Assembly: GCA_963728565.1 (NCBI GenBank)
Contig: CAVSLC010000005.1
Span: 224,001-288,000 of the forward strand
Reading direction: 5' to 3'
Origin: an uncultured delta proteobacterium
Lineage (GTDB): Bacteria > Desulfobacterota > Binatia > UBA9968
DNA: 64,000 nucleotides
Made by a program: the position numbers and the translations under genes. Shown in pieces: positions 30,471 through 40,656 of the stretch (the stretch's first letter is position 1; each line of letters begins with the position of its first letter). Below the pieces are notes generated by a model, which was given only the letters and a program-made list of their open reading frames with translations, made no database searches and was not told the origin of the DNA.

Positions 30471-31322
30471 TTAGCCCTGGATTTGAACATGCTCTTTTTG
30501 CGTTTGCCAACGTAATGCTTTGCGCTCCACCGCCTCGGCAATTTTGTCCATGATAATGACCATGATCATCAGGACGATAATACCGACGAACACGTCGGCG
30601 GTTCTGAAAATGCCGGCCGACATGCGGATGAAGAAACCGACGCCTTCGGTAGCGGCGACGAATTCACCGACAATGGCGCCGATCACCGCGAAGGGTATGC
30701 TTGTGCGAATACCGGTAAAAACATAGGGAGAGATCGCCGGGAAGATAACTTTGAACGTCAACTTCCAACCGCGCACTCCCATCAGGCCAGCCAAGTCGAC
30801 GTACTCTTGGTCCATCTGCCGCATGCCGGTATAGGTGTTAAAAAAATTGAAAAAGAACGTGAGAAGAAAAACCACGCCGACTTTCGACCACAGGCCGATG
30901 CCCAGCCAGACGATGAAGAGCGGAGCCAGGGCGGTGCGTGGGATGCCGTTGAGCGCGATAATAATCGGTTCGAAAACCTCGGCGAGCAATCGGCTCCGGC
31001 CGAAACCGTAGCCGAGGGCGATACCAGTGATAGCGCCGATCGGAAAGCCGATCGCGACTTCTAAAAAAGTCACCCAGGTGTGCTGGACTAAATCACCCGA
31101 GTAGAAACCGGTGAACAGAGACGTAAAAATACGGCTCGGGCTGCTGATTAAAAATGGTTCGATCCATCTGCCGGACGCGAATTCCCACGCGAGGAAAAAG
31201 CCGACGACAATGCCGCTGCGGATTAGCGTTACGGTAACAGCGCGCGAAAATATCGACTTTGGCGTTGCGGTTGGTTTTGGCTGGGTTGTCTCGGAGCGTT
31301 GTTGGCCGACTTGGTCCGTCAT
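30471..31322 (-). CDS. ABC transporter permease (SsuC/TauC-like)
   Basis: IPRTALAPLFIVWLGIG, VIGAIVGEFVA; 4-bp overlap with the ATPase. Confidence 0.92.
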   Translation of the reverse strand: MTDQVGQQRSETTQPKPTATPKSIFSRAVTVTLIRSGIVVGFFLAWEFASGRWIEPFLISSPSRIFTSLFTGFYSGDLVQHTWVTFLEVAIGFPIGAITGIALGYGFGRSRLLAEVFEPIIIALNGIPRTALAPLFIVWLGIGLWSKVGVVFLLTFFFNFFNTYTGMRQMDQEYVDLAGLMGVRGWKLTFKVIFPAISPYVFTGIRTSIPFAVIGAIVGEFVAATEGVGFFIRMSAGIFRTADVFVGIIVLMIMVIIMDKIAEAVERKALRWQTQKEHVQIQG

Positions 31323-32161
31323 GTATCTTGCTCGCTGGGGCGGCCGATATTGAGCTCGTGACGAAAGATGTTCCACAGACGCCCATAGGCATCGTCAAAA
31401 CCGTCCTGTCGATGAATCTCAAAAATATTGCGCGGCCTGGCCATGTTGATTTTGATAACATCCTTGATCTTGCCGGGACGATGCGTCATCACGACCACGC
31501 GGTCGGCTAGAGCGACGGCTTCAACCAGGTCATGTGTGACAAAGACAATGGTCTGGCGTTTCTGTTCCCAAATTTTTAACAACTCATCCTGCAGCACCAT
31601 ACGAGTCTGCGCGTCCAATGGACCGAACGGCTCGTCCATCAAGATCACCGCCGGTTCATAAGCAAGCGCGCGTATAATCGAAGCCCGTTTGCCCATGCCG
31701 CCGGATAGCTGCGCGGGGTAGTATTTTTCAAAACCGGAAAGGCCCGCGAGCTTGATAAAATAGCTCACCTGCCGCTCTCTATCAGCCCGCGAGTACTTCT
31801 TGGGACTCAATCCGAAACCGACGTTCTCCTCGACTGTGAGCCAGGGGAAAAGCTTGCTCTCCTGGGGGACGTAGCCGACTCTGGTGTTGAGACCGCGTAC
31901 TTCCTCGCCTTGGAAGAGAATACGGCCCCCGGAGACCGGTGAAAATCCGGCGATCAGCTTGAGCAATGTGGACTTGCCGCAGCCGCTGGGGCCGACGATG
32001 GTAACAAATTCGCCGTGCCGGATCTCCAATTCGATGTTTAGCAACGCGCCGAGGTTTTCTTGGCTCGGTGTTTGAAAAAATTTTGAGACATCTTCAACGT
32101 TGATGACGGTGCCGGCTTGACTGCGCGCCGATGGGGAAGGAGTCTGTGCGAGGTCGGGCAT
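31319..32161 (-). CDS. ABC transporter ATP-binding protein (SsuB/TauB-like)
   Basis: GPSGCGKST, LSGGM, LMDEPFG, VTHD. Confidence 0.95.
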   Translation of the reverse strand: MPDLAQTPSPSARSQAGTVINVEDVSKFFQTPSQENLGALLNIELEIRHGEFVTIVGPSGCGKSTLLKLIAGFSPVSGGRILFQGEEVRGLNTRVGYVPQESKLFPWLTVEENVGFGLSPKKYSRADRERQVSYFIKLAGLSGFEKYYPAQLSGGMGKRASIIRALAYEPAVILMDEPFGPLDAQTRMVLQDELLKIWEQKRQTIVFVTHDLVEAVALADRVVVMTHRPGKIKDVIKINMARPRNIFEIHRQDGFDDAYGRLWNIFRHELNIGRPSEQDT

Positions 32162-32273
32162 GAGATCGTTGCTTACCTTGCGCGGTATTTATCCATCTAA
32201 CCCGGGATGTGTCAACCGCATTAGGACTTTGCTAATGGCTCAATTAAAGAACAGCGATTCGAAGAAAGGGGTT

Positions 32274-32408
32274 GTTCAAATCGTTCAAAAAGTTCAACCG
32301 GCTTTGCCTCCGTCCAAATCGTTTCTCGGAATCCGGACGGCTTGAACCGAGCGACAGAAATGGAGCGGTTGAATGATCTGAACAGCGAGCGCAAGCCAAC
32401 GCTTGAAC
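32274..32408. repeat. GTTCAA/TTGAAC 9-bp-period palindromic element, copy A
   Basis: GTTCAA at 32274, 32283, 32292; TTGAAC-like at 32342, 32369, 32378, 32403. Confidence 0.75.
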
Positions 32409-32539
32409 GGTGCGAGACTGCCGCCCAAAGAGTCGGTAACAAAGGCCGACGATCTCGCCACAATTAGATTCTAGCTAACCTCTGTAATAGTCTGGTAAGT
32501 TGGCTAGGCGATCAACATCAACAACCCGCGGGGTGATTT

Positions 32540-33778
32540 ATGAGTTACCGAACGATCGACGACATGTTCGAGCGAGGCACTTTGGTCCAATTGACCGATT
32601 TATGGACACCGGCGCTGGCCCGTTACCGCGATCGGCCCGCCGTAGTCATCGATATCGAAGTGCTTGGTTATCCGCGTTCGATCACTCGCCAGGTAAACGG
32701 CACGTCTGTGAGTGAGAAATACGACTGTATCTACACCGTCGCATTGCTCCCGGTCGAACGAGCGGCAAGCCTTGCGCGGGAACAGGTTCCGGTGATTCGG
32801 GTGATCTCTTTGGACGTGGCTGGGATTCTCCCAGCGGAACCGCAATCGTCAGAGTTCGCGGCTTGGTGTGCGAGGGAATTTTGCGGCGCGGAGCCAGCGT
32901 CCGTTCGCAATCCGAGCGCGGCCGGCAACGGCCGATTCATCGGCGCTGCCGTGTTGCCGCATACGATTCCGATGTACGAGGCGCGCCACCGCCCCAACGA
33001 TCATCGCAATAAATCGCTGGTCGCTATCGAGCAAGTGCGGCGGCACTTGGAGCAGTGGCAACCCGATGTGATTGTCTTGGCGTCAACTCATTGGATGCCG
33101 CGGGACGGCTTTTTCATAGACGATGGCGCGCAACACCAAGATGGCTGCGATGCCTCTTACCAGGGCGTGGAACCGCAACTCTTCAGCTTTCCCGGCGACC
33201 CGGAGCTCGCGACCTTGATCGGAGGCCTTGCGCGCGGCGCCGGACTTCCGGTTAGACGTATTCATCGGGTCGCGCAGGAGCACGCAGTCTGGGTGCCGGG
33301 CCATTTACTGTGCCAGGAACGGCGCATTCCGCTGTTGCCGTGCTCGATTTGGTGGCGCGGACCCCGCGAAGCGCATCGGCGGTTTGGCGAGATCATCGCC
33401 CAAGCGGTGCGGCGACTGGATCGCAGAGCATTTTTCGTCGCCAGCGGCGGGTTATCTCACACCTTCGATTTTTCCAAGCCACCGGAATACGTGGTGCCGC
33501 AGGGGGAACGTTTCGATCGGCTCGCTCAAGAGTGGCTCGAGAAAGGCCAGCATGGCAGGCTCCTAGACATGAGCGAAGATGATTTCGAGACCTGGAATCC
33601 CGAGGGTCGCGCAGGCCATCTTTATATGATGCGCGGCGCTCTAGGCCAAGATGTCAAAGGTCAATCGCTATGCTATCAGGGGAGTAATGGGACCGGATAT
33701 CTGACGATGGTCTTTCAAAATTACAGGTTGCTGAAAAGGAGGCATAGGGTTTTTGGAAAGATTGATTGTGAAGGCTGA
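32540..33778 (+). CDS. HpaD/HpcB-like class III extradiol dioxygenase fused to an unrecognised ~130-aa N-terminal domain
   Basis: From ~aa 133: GAAVLPH, PDVIVLASTHW, FPGDPELA, ASGGLSH, PEG, SNGTG, colinear with homoprotocatechuate 2,3-dioxygenase HpaD. Confidence 0.78.
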   Translation: MSYRTIDDMFERGTLVQLTDLWTPALARYRDRPAVVIDIEVLGYPRSITRQVNGTSVSEKYDCIYTVALLPVERAASLAREQVPVIRVISLDVAGILPAEPQSSEFAAWCAREFCGAEPASVRNPSAAGNGRFIGAAVLPHTIPMYEARHRPNDHRNKSLVAIEQVRRHLEQWQPDVIVLASTHWMPRDGFFIDDGAQHQDGCDASYQGVEPQLFSFPGDPELATLIGGLARGAGLPVRRIHRVAQEHAVWVPGHLLCQERRIPLLPCSIWWRGPREAHRRFGEIIAQAVRRLDRRAFFVASGGLSHTFDFSKPPEYVVPQGERFDRLAQEWLEKGQHGRLLDMSEDDFETWNPEGRAGHLYMMRGALGQDVKGQSLCYQGSNGTGYLTMVFQNYRLLKRRHRVFGKIDCEG

Positions 33779-33940
33779 AAAATGAACTCCGCTTTTCAGA
33801 TTTCCGCTTTCATCCTTGTCATTCGCCCTCTGAGATCATTTTGAGCAGCTGCAGCAGAGTTTCCAGCACACCGGTAGAGGTTCAGATGGTTCAAAGCATC
33901 AAACGTCCGGAGTGGGATGTAAACCTGCAGCAGATTGGGC

Positions 33941-34912
33941 TTAGGGCTTCCAGCCTTTTGCTTGCAACTCCGCTGTGACTTTTTTCGTGATTGCGAAGTT
34001 GAAGAACTTGTCCGGCGGCAGAGATTCTTTTGCGCCGGCGATGCGCAATACTGCCTCCACCGCCTTTTTCTGAGACTCTTCGCTAAATGTGCCGTCTTGG
34101 GTCAGCGCTGGAAGAGCGGCGTCATAACCTTTAGCCGCCAGATCGTCTTTTATTTTTAGGCTACGGGTAATGATCGGAATCGTTGCGCTGCGCCGTTGCA
34201 ATGCGAAATGCAGGCCTTTCAAAGTTGCGCGGGTGAACTGTTCGGCCACTGCCGGCGCGCTGCGGAGCAATTCCTCGCGCACGACGATGGCGCCGCTGGG
34301 GGCGATAAGATCGCTTTTGGCCATAGAGCCGGCTTCATGCATGCCGATATCTTGCGCCATGATATTCCAAGGTAACGGCAAAATCGTCGCATCGACAAAA
34401 TTGTTTTGCAGCGCCAGAAGCCGCGGCCCGCTGTCACCGGCCTGAAGCAAGGTATAATCCTTTCCGGGCTCCATTCCATGCTTAGAGAGATACTCTCGAA
34501 GCAGGAAATAGCCCGCCGAGTTGAATCCCGGTACGCCCATTTTCTTGCCGTGGAGCTCTTTGATGTCGCGTATCGGTGCGCGGGTCATGAGCCAAAACAA
34601 AGGCCGCTCGTAACTGGAAAAAAGCACGCGCAGATTGGCGCCGCGCAAGTTGGCGTTCATCGCCGCCGCCGGAACACTGGTGAACGGCACCTCGCCGGTC
34701 ATGAGCGCCAAATTGGCCAGTGTGCCGGTCATCTGAATAAGATCGACATCCAAATTTTCTTCTTTGTAGTAGCCCCTATCTTTGGCCACGAAAAACGCGA
34801 GCTGCGTAATATTGTAGCCCGGTATGGCGATCCGGACATTGGCCGCATCGCTGAAAGAGAATGTCAAAAGCGCCAATGTAAAGAACCAAGCAGCGGCTAA
34901 ACGCGGTTTCAC
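33941..34912 (-). CDS. ABC solute-binding protein, NMT1/THI5-like (no adjacent permease)
   Basis: Signal peptide; VAKDRGYYKEENLDV, LHGKKMGV. Confidence 0.88.
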   Translation of the reverse strand: MKPRLAAAWFFTLALLTFSFSDAANVRIAIPGYNITQLAFFVAKDRGYYKEENLDVDLIQMTGTLANLALMTGEVPFTSVPAAAMNANLRGANLRVLFSSYERPLFWLMTRAPIRDIKELHGKKMGVPGFNSAGYFLLREYLSKHGMEPGKDYTLLQAGDSGPRLLALQNNFVDATILPLPWNIMAQDIGMHEAGSMAKSDLIAPSGAIVVREELLRSAPAVAEQFTRATLKGLHFALQRRSATIPIITRSLKIKDDLAAKGYDAALPALTQDGTFSEESQKKAVEAVLRIAGAKESLPPDKFFNFAITKKVTAELQAKGWKP

Positions 34913-34939
34913 AGATAATGCCCCCTTAATCCGGCTAAC

Positions 34940-36091
34940 TTATTTCCCGTCAAAGAAGCGCACGGTGTTATCGCAAAGAATCTTGCGCTTCTGAGACTCT
35001 GAAAGATCTTGCCGTTCAAGAATCTCTTTCATGGCGTCGCCGCGACCTTCGTCGTGCGGAAAATCCGATGAAAACAGAATTTGACCTTCGCCGAGCAGCT
35101 CCATTTCCTGCGTCATCATGGCATCGTCGGCTTCGGCGGCGACGAAGATCCGTCCGGATTTCAAGTAATCATCGACATCGCGCGTCAGCAGTCCCTTGCT
35201 CGATGGCATGCGCCGCTTGTTGAGCACGGCATAATGCTTTAATCGCCCGGCCATATAGAAGATCCATTCGGCGCCGAATTCGAGAAAGCCGACCTTGAGA
35301 TCTGGGTGTCGGTCGAGCATGCCATGGCCGACGACGGCGACGAAGGCGAGATTCGCGGGCAAGGCTTTGCTGATCAGGTTGGAATCTAGGATATTCTCGC
35401 ACAGCTCGGCGAGAGCGGCATAGCTTGAGCCCATGTGCACGCACAGCGGCAAGCCTGAACGCGCAAACTCGTCCCAAATCGACGCGAAGCTGGAATGGCT
35501 CAGCATGCGGTTGCCGACTGTGCCATAGACGATTGCCGCCGCCGCGCCCAGTTCTTGCATCTCTGCGATCGCTTCGCAGGCCTGGCGCGTATCGCGCATT
35601 GGCAGCAGCCCGGCCCACCTGAGTCTTGCGGACTCTGTCCCGCACTGCCGGCCCATGTAGCGGTTGTAAGTGCGATAGAGCGCGGCTTCGTAAGCCGGCT
35701 CGTCGGTGATGTTGGCGTAAAGCGTGCTCGGCATCAAAAATTGCACGTCGATACCCAATTTGTCGAGAATTCCCAGCCGCTCCGTTGGATCGGAGAGATC
35801 GAGGCAGCCGATGGGAATGGCGCCATGAGCTTTGTCGACGTTGGTTCGAGTGCCCAACTCTTCCATGACGATGCCGGGTGTGTTGGCGGCATGCGAACCC
35901 GGGCCGAAAACATGCGGCTCCATTCTGCCTTCGATCAGCCAACCGGTGTTCCAGCGGCCCAAATCTTTATCGTCGATGATCCGCACCGCTCGGGGCCGCC
36001 GCCGGAGGAAATCTTCCGGCAACTCCCGCCACATGGCCGGACTCATGATCGCGTGCGCGTCGGCATCGTAGACTCGAAAACCGTTGATCAT
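34940..36091 (-). CDS. Amidohydrolase_2 family protein (ACMSD/LigW/LigJ-like decarboxylase or hydratase)
   Basis: YDADAH, YNRY, PLCVH, HPDLKVGFLE, FSSDFPH, KILCDN. Confidence 0.88.
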   Translation of the reverse strand: MINGFRVYDADAHAIMSPAMWRELPEDFLRRRPRAVRIIDDKDLGRWNTGWLIEGRMEPHVFGPGSHAANTPGIVMEELGTRTNVDKAHGAIPIGCLDLSDPTERLGILDKLGIDVQFLMPSTLYANITDEPAYEAALYRTYNRYMGRQCGTESARLRWAGLLPMRDTRQACEAIAEMQELGAAAAIVYGTVGNRMLSHSSFASIWDEFARSGLPLCVHMGSSYAALAELCENILDSNLISKALPANLAFVAVVGHGMLDRHPDLKVGFLEFGAEWIFYMAGRLKHYAVLNKRRMPSSKGLLTRDVDDYLKSGRIFVAAEADDAMMTQEMELLGEGQILFSSDFPHDEGRGDAMKEILERQDLSESQKRKILCDNTVRFFDGK

Positions 36092-36239
36092 TGAAAGCTC
36101 CTTAGATAATTGGCTCCTCGCTTATATGTCGCACCGCAAACGGCGTCAATGTTTGACGGCTTTTCGTAGTTGCAATTCTTGCGTTTGCCGCGTTCGATCG
36201 GCTAACGTGTGACGAATTCAGATCATACGGGAGGAAACG

Positions 36240-36874
36240 ATGAAAATCATCAGCGAAGCAATGGTCAAGAGCAACAGCGGCAAAACTTTTGAAGTGAAGA
36301 AAGGTCAGATCATTAGGGTCATCGGCGAGTCCACCGCCGATTATGTCGTGTTTAATCTCCGTAACGTCAAAGAGCGCTTCGACCAAGCGAGAACCAAGGT
36401 CGATCAGGGGAAAATTTTTGTCACCACCGGGGACGTGTTGATTTCGAAATTCAACAACGTCATGCAAACCATCGTCAAAGATACTTACCGCGGCACTCAT
36501 GACATGGAGAAAGGCATGTGCAGCACGTCTTTCTATAAGAAATGGGGCGATGAAATTTTCAAGATCTATGGCGATGTTTGGAAAAAATTGGGAAGACAAA
36601 AAGTCGTCGCGCCGAAGCACGGCTGCTGGGAGAATCTCGCCAGAGCTTTGAAGCCGCACGGCGTGCCGATGGAGGATGTGCCAAGTCCGCTCAATATTTT
36701 TCAGACGATGGTGATCAACGCCAAGACCGGCAGCATGCGTTATTCTATGACCCGACCGCGGCCCGGCGGCGACATGATGGATTTACGTTCCGAGATGGAT
36801 TGCCTGGTCGGCATCAGCGCCTGTCCGGAAGGGGGAAGGGGCAAGGATTGCGGATCGTGATTTACAAAAACTGA
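36240..36874 (+). CDS. DUF1989 (urea carboxylase-associated family) protein; frameshift near 3' end
   Basis: GGAGG RBS; VKKGQIIRV, HD..GMC, HGCWENLARAL, PLNIF, EMDCLVGISACP; natural end LRIVIYKN lies in the 36578-36874 frame. Confidence 0.85.
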
Positions 36875-36877
36875 CCG

Positions 36878-37004
36878 GTTCAAACCGTTCAAGACGTTCA
36901 AATCGTTCAAGCCCCCTGTCTTCATCCTCCCCCGCGACGCGGGGGAGGAAAGAGGTGGGGGATTAAACGGAGCGCAGCGGTTGAACGGCTTGAACTGATT
37001 GAAC
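36878..37004. repeat. GTTCAA/TTGAAC 9-bp-period palindromic element, copy B, with perfect central hairpin
   Basis: GTTCAA at 36878, 36887, 36896, 36905; TCCTCCCCCGCG-A-CGCGGGGGAGGA at 36925-36949; TTGAAC at 36981, 36990, 36999. Confidence 0.85.
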
Positions 37005-37011
37005 GCTTTTT

Positions 37012-38022
37012 TTACTTATAGAGCTTATCGATGTAACCGCTCGAGTCGAGCTCTTTCAGGAACCTGATGTCGGTGAAGTCGGACGGTTTGGCTTGCGCTG
37101 CTTTGGGATTTTTAATCTTTAACTGATCTAGGTAGAGCTGGATGCCGGGCTCGGTCGGGTAGGGAATCTTAAGCGTTAGTTTGGCGACGATCTCACTATA
37201 AGATTCTTGCACCGACTTATCGTCTTTGATCGCGAGATATTTCTGCAGAATCTTTTGCGCGCCTTTGGGATTGGTCAAATTGTAAGCACTGCCCTCGACA
37301 AAGGCTCTAATAAAACGACGCACCGTGTCGGGTTTTTTCTTAATGTAATCCCGAGTGGTCGCAACGCCGTTTTGCTGCCATTCGACATCGAGCTTGGTGA
37401 AATCCAGCAAGGGGCGCATGCCGATCTCTTTGGCTTTTAAGGTTTCCGGCGCCTGCAATAGCGTCGCTTGCAACGCGTTGGTCTGCATGGCTGCAAGGCG
37501 CGCAGGAATCGATCCGGCTTGCACGTACGTTATCTCCGTATCTTTTATGCCGAATCTATTGAGCACTGTAATCGCCGCGGCATTATCCGCGCTGCCGATG
37601 CGGCTCACCCCGAATTTCTTGCCTCTTAGGTCTTCCACTCGTTTGATCTCATCGGTAACGAAAAGCACGTAGGGGAAGCGATTGGCTCCGCCGGCAACCA
37701 GAACGGCGCCGGATCCTTGCAGATTACTGGTAATGACTGCGGAGGCGCCGGCGTGAACGATTGGAGTTTCCCCGGCTACCAGGGCCGTGACCGCGAGCGG
37801 CGCGCCGACCAGGAGCACCAGCTCGACGTCAAGCCCGTGCTTGGCGAACAGGCCGAGTTCATTGGCGGTCCACAAGGTCGACTGAGTCGGCGCTATTACG
37901 GTATAAGCGACGCGGAGCTTTTCCGGCTGGCTTTGCGCGTCGACGAATGAGTAGCTTATCGACAGGACCAATGGCAGGCAAAGAAATGAAACCAATGCTC
38001 GGACAGAGAGATCTATCATCAC
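37012..38022 (-). CDS. ABC solute-binding protein, NMT1/THI5-like
   Basis: Signal peptide; GLFAKHGLDVEL, DLRGKKFGVSRIGS, FLKELDSSGYIDKLY. Confidence 0.9.
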   Translation of the reverse strand: MMIDLSVRALVSFLCLPLVLSISYSFVDAQSQPEKLRVAYTVIAPTQSTLWTANELGLFAKHGLDVELVLLVGAPLAVTALVAGETPIVHAGASAVITSNLQGSGAVLVAGGANRFPYVLFVTDEIKRVEDLRGKKFGVSRIGSADNAAAITVLNRFGIKDTEITYVQAGSIPARLAAMQTNALQATLLQAPETLKAKEIGMRPLLDFTKLDVEWQQNGVATTRDYIKKKPDTVRRFIRAFVEGSAYNLTNPKGAQKILQKYLAIKDDKSVQESYSEIVAKLTLKIPYPTEPGIQLYLDQLKIKNPKAAQAKPSDFTDIRFLKELDSSGYIDKLYK

Positions 38023-38148
38023 GGTTCTCCTCTGGGAAACTCTAGCGGCATCTGTGAAGGATCATATCCTCGCAGGCGGGGCAATATCCCAAGCTTTCGC
38101 CGATATCAATGGCCTGGATAGTTCGATTGACGCCTTTGTCCGGCATGG

Positions 38149-38892
38149 CTAGGTCATTGCGCGCCACGGCATCAGGCGCCGATCTAAATGCTGAATCAAC
38201 GCGAGCAAGGCGACGGCAAGCAACACGATCGTTAGGATGGTCGCAAACAGCGCGCTCGAATTGAACGATGCGCTAAAGGTCATCAGCATGGCGCCGAACC
38301 CGACGACGGAAAGAATCATTTCTCCGGTGACCATGCCGAGCACCGCGCGGCCCATGCCGAGGCGAATGCCCGCCATAATCATCGGCATCGCGGCGGGCAG
38401 GATTATTTTTAAAAATAACTCGCCTTCGCGGGCGCCGAAGGAGCGGGCCATTTCAGTCAACGTCGGATCGACACTGCGCACCCCAGCGGTGGTATTGATC
38501 ACGATAATCACAAAGGCAAAGAGGAAAACGATCCAAACACGAGACTGGAGGCCTAAACCGAAAGCAATCACTAGAAACGGGATAAACGAAATCATCGGCA
38601 CGGCGAGCAGCGCGGTCATGTAAACGTCGAGGAACGACTCGAGTCGCCGGTAACGGCCCATCAGTAGTCCGAGGGGGATTCCGAATACGACGGAGATAAA
38701 AAACCCGAGTGCGAGGGCTTGAAAGCTTACGGCTATCGCCTGGAACAGCTGCCCCGAAATCAGCAGTTCCGCCCAGACGGTCATAACCTTTGAAAGGGGC
38801 GGCAGCAGATGCGCGTTACCCGTTCGCCCCGCAACCTCCCAAATCGCCGCGAGCGTGACTAGCGACATGATTCTGAGCGTGCTCGCCTTCAC
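38149..38892 (-). CDS. ABC transporter permease
   Basis: EMARSFGA (EAA-like loop), ILPAAMPMIMAGIRLG. Confidence 0.92.
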   Translation of the reverse strand: MKASTLRIMSLVTLAAIWEVAGRTGNAHLLPPLSKVMTVWAELLISGQLFQAIAVSFQALALGFFISVVFGIPLGLLMGRYRRLESFLDVYMTALLAVPMISFIPFLVIAFGLGLQSRVWIVFLFAFVIIVINTTAGVRSVDPTLTEMARSFGAREGELFLKIILPAAMPMIMAGIRLGMGRAVLGMVTGEMILSVVGFGAMLMTFSASFNSSALFATILTIVLLAVALLALIQHLDRRLMPWRAMT

Positions 38893-38894
38893 AA

Positions 38895-39875
38895 TTATTT
38901 GCGTCCGATCTTCTTCAAAACTCTATCCAATGGAGCCGTGTCGAAGGACTGTGTGAAACTGACGGCGTTTTTTTTGAGCAGTCCCGATTCCTCGAAAAAT
39001 TTGATGCTCGCCTCACCGCGCTCTTTGTCGGCGCCGCCGTTGACATCCCAAATTCTAAGCTCTTTGTAAGTCGCTGCGGTGGCTTCGACGAGCTCGGGTT
39101 TAGTTTCGGGCAGCAGCCTTAAAGCATTTTCTTTCACCGATGCCGGTCGTTCTTCGGCGTTGCGATGCGCTCTGAGAATCGCCTCGAGCACGCTTTCAAC
39201 AGTTGCTGCGTTCTTCTGCAAGTAATCGCCGCGCGCGAAATACATCGAGCCGATAAGCTGGGGGAAAGTCTTGGCATAGGAGATCAAAACGTGAAACTGG
39301 CCAGGCTTGGCACTGAGGATATTTAGCACGTCGCCAATCTCCGCCGGCGTGGCGTCTAATTGGCCGCGCATCAAGGCTTCTGAGCGCACGTCAGAACCCG
39401 GGATGATCATCCAGTTTGGAGTGATCTTGTAGTGTTGCGCCATCCATTTGACCAGCGCTTCGGTCACCGTAATCGGCGCGTGATAACCGACCCGTTTGCC
39501 GTCCAGTTGTTTTGGATCCTTGAGAGACACCGGCGTGACCAATTGCCATTCGTTGCGCACCTGCTCGCCGATGATGCGAATATTCATGCCGCTCTCGACG
39601 GCCTTGATCACGGCAATGCCGGCTGCCGAGCCAATGTCGGCTTCCCCTGCAACCACGGCTTGAACGGCCAGGTCGGTTTTGGGAAAGAAGGTTGGTACCA
39701 CTTCGATCCCCTGTTTCTTGAGCTGCTCCCATGCGAGCAACGAGGGAATATCACCCATATCGGCCGACGACGGGTAGGCAAAGCGCACCTTTTTCGGCGC
39801 TTGTGCTTCGCTGCCTGAAATGAATCCGAGCATGATCACGATCAAGGCGGATAATCCGCAGATTGATTTCATCAT
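38895..39875 (-). CDS. ABC solute-binding protein, NMT1/THI5-like
   Basis: Signal peptide ending SEA-QA; AVVAGEADIG, LDGKRVG; lies inside the ABC operon. Confidence 0.88.
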   Translation of the reverse strand: MMKSICGLSALIVIMLGFISGSEAQAPKKVRFAYPSSADMGDIPSLLAWEQLKKQGIEVVPTFFPKTDLAVQAVVAGEADIGSAAGIAVIKAVESGMNIRIIGEQVRNEWQLVTPVSLKDPKQLDGKRVGYHAPITVTEALVKWMAQHYKITPNWMIIPGSDVRSEALMRGQLDATPAEIGDVLNILSAKPGQFHVLISYAKTFPQLIGSMYFARGDYLQKNAATVESVLEAILRAHRNAEERPASVKENALRLLPETKPELVEATAATYKELRIWDVNGGADKERGEASIKFFEESGLLKKNAVSFTQSFDTAPLDRVLKKIGRK

Positions 39876-39900
39876 ACGATTCCCTCCTTAGTTTGACTGA

Positions 39901-40656
39901 CTATTCGATAGCGATCTCCGCCTTCCACCCGGTTAATCTGCGGTCGAGCCAGTGCACCGCCTTCATTGTAAAAACCGCTATTAACAAGACGGTGAAAATC
40001 ACCGCAAACAGCGAATCGGTGGCAAAAGATGAGCCGTATTGCATGATCATGGCGCCGATGCCGGTGAGCGTTAACAACATTTCCGCCGTGACCATGCCTT
40101 TTACGGCGCGGCCCATGCCGAGCCGAAGACCCGCCATAATTGCCGGAAGGGCGGCGGGGAGTATGATCATGAAAAAGATCTCTTTTTCTCGAGCTCCGAA
40201 AGAGCGCGCCATCTCGACGAGAACGGTGTCGACCTGTTTAACGCCGGTCATGGTGTTGATGATGATGACGAACACCGCGAAGAGAAACACGACCGCAATG
40301 CGCGATTCCACGCCCAGACCGAACCATAGAATGAGCACCGGCACGAAGGCGGTACTCGGAGCCGACATCAGAGCGTTGACATAAAGATCCAAGAAATGTT
40401 CGACGGCGCGAAAACGTCCCATGAGGAGCCCGACGACAACCCCGATCAACACGGCAAGACCAAAACCGGTCACCAACGTGGTGAGGCTCATACTCAGGTT
40501 TGACAACAGTTTGCCGCTGCTGAGAAGCTTCCACCACGCCGCGCCGATTTGCGACAATGGCGGAATCAAGGTGGAATCCATTGCTCGCCCCGTCGCTTCC
40601 CACAGCAGCGCCAACGAGAGAAGAGAAAAAAAGTTGGTGCCAAAGCGGCTCTTCAC
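39901..40656 (-). CDS. ABC transporter permease
   Basis: EMARSFGA, ILPAALPAIMAGLRLG; paralog of 38149-38892. Confidence 0.92.
   Translation of the reverse strand: MKSRFGTNFFSLLSLALLWEATGRAMDSTLIPPLSQIGAAWWKLLSSGKLLSNLSMSLTTLVTGFGLAVLIGVVVGLLMGRFRAVEHFLDLYVNALMSAPSTAFVPVLILWFGLGVESRIAVVFLFAVFVIIINTMTGVKQVDTVLVEMARSFGAREKEIFFMIILPAALPAIMAGLRLGMGRAVKGMVTAEMLLTLTGIGAMIMQYGSSFATDSLFAVIFTVLLIAVFTMKAVHWLDRRLTGWKAEIAIE

Noticed and set aside
36092-36239. Guanidine riboswitch upstream of DUF1989 (as in guanidine carboxylase operons)
   Set aside because: No guanidine-I, -II or -III consensus seen, only one DUF1989 gene and no carboxylase in the window
36878-37004. GTTCAA arrays as a CRISPR array
   Set aside because: Unit is 9 bp with 3-nt linkers and inverted halves; no 25-40 bp repeats with unique spacers and no cas genes
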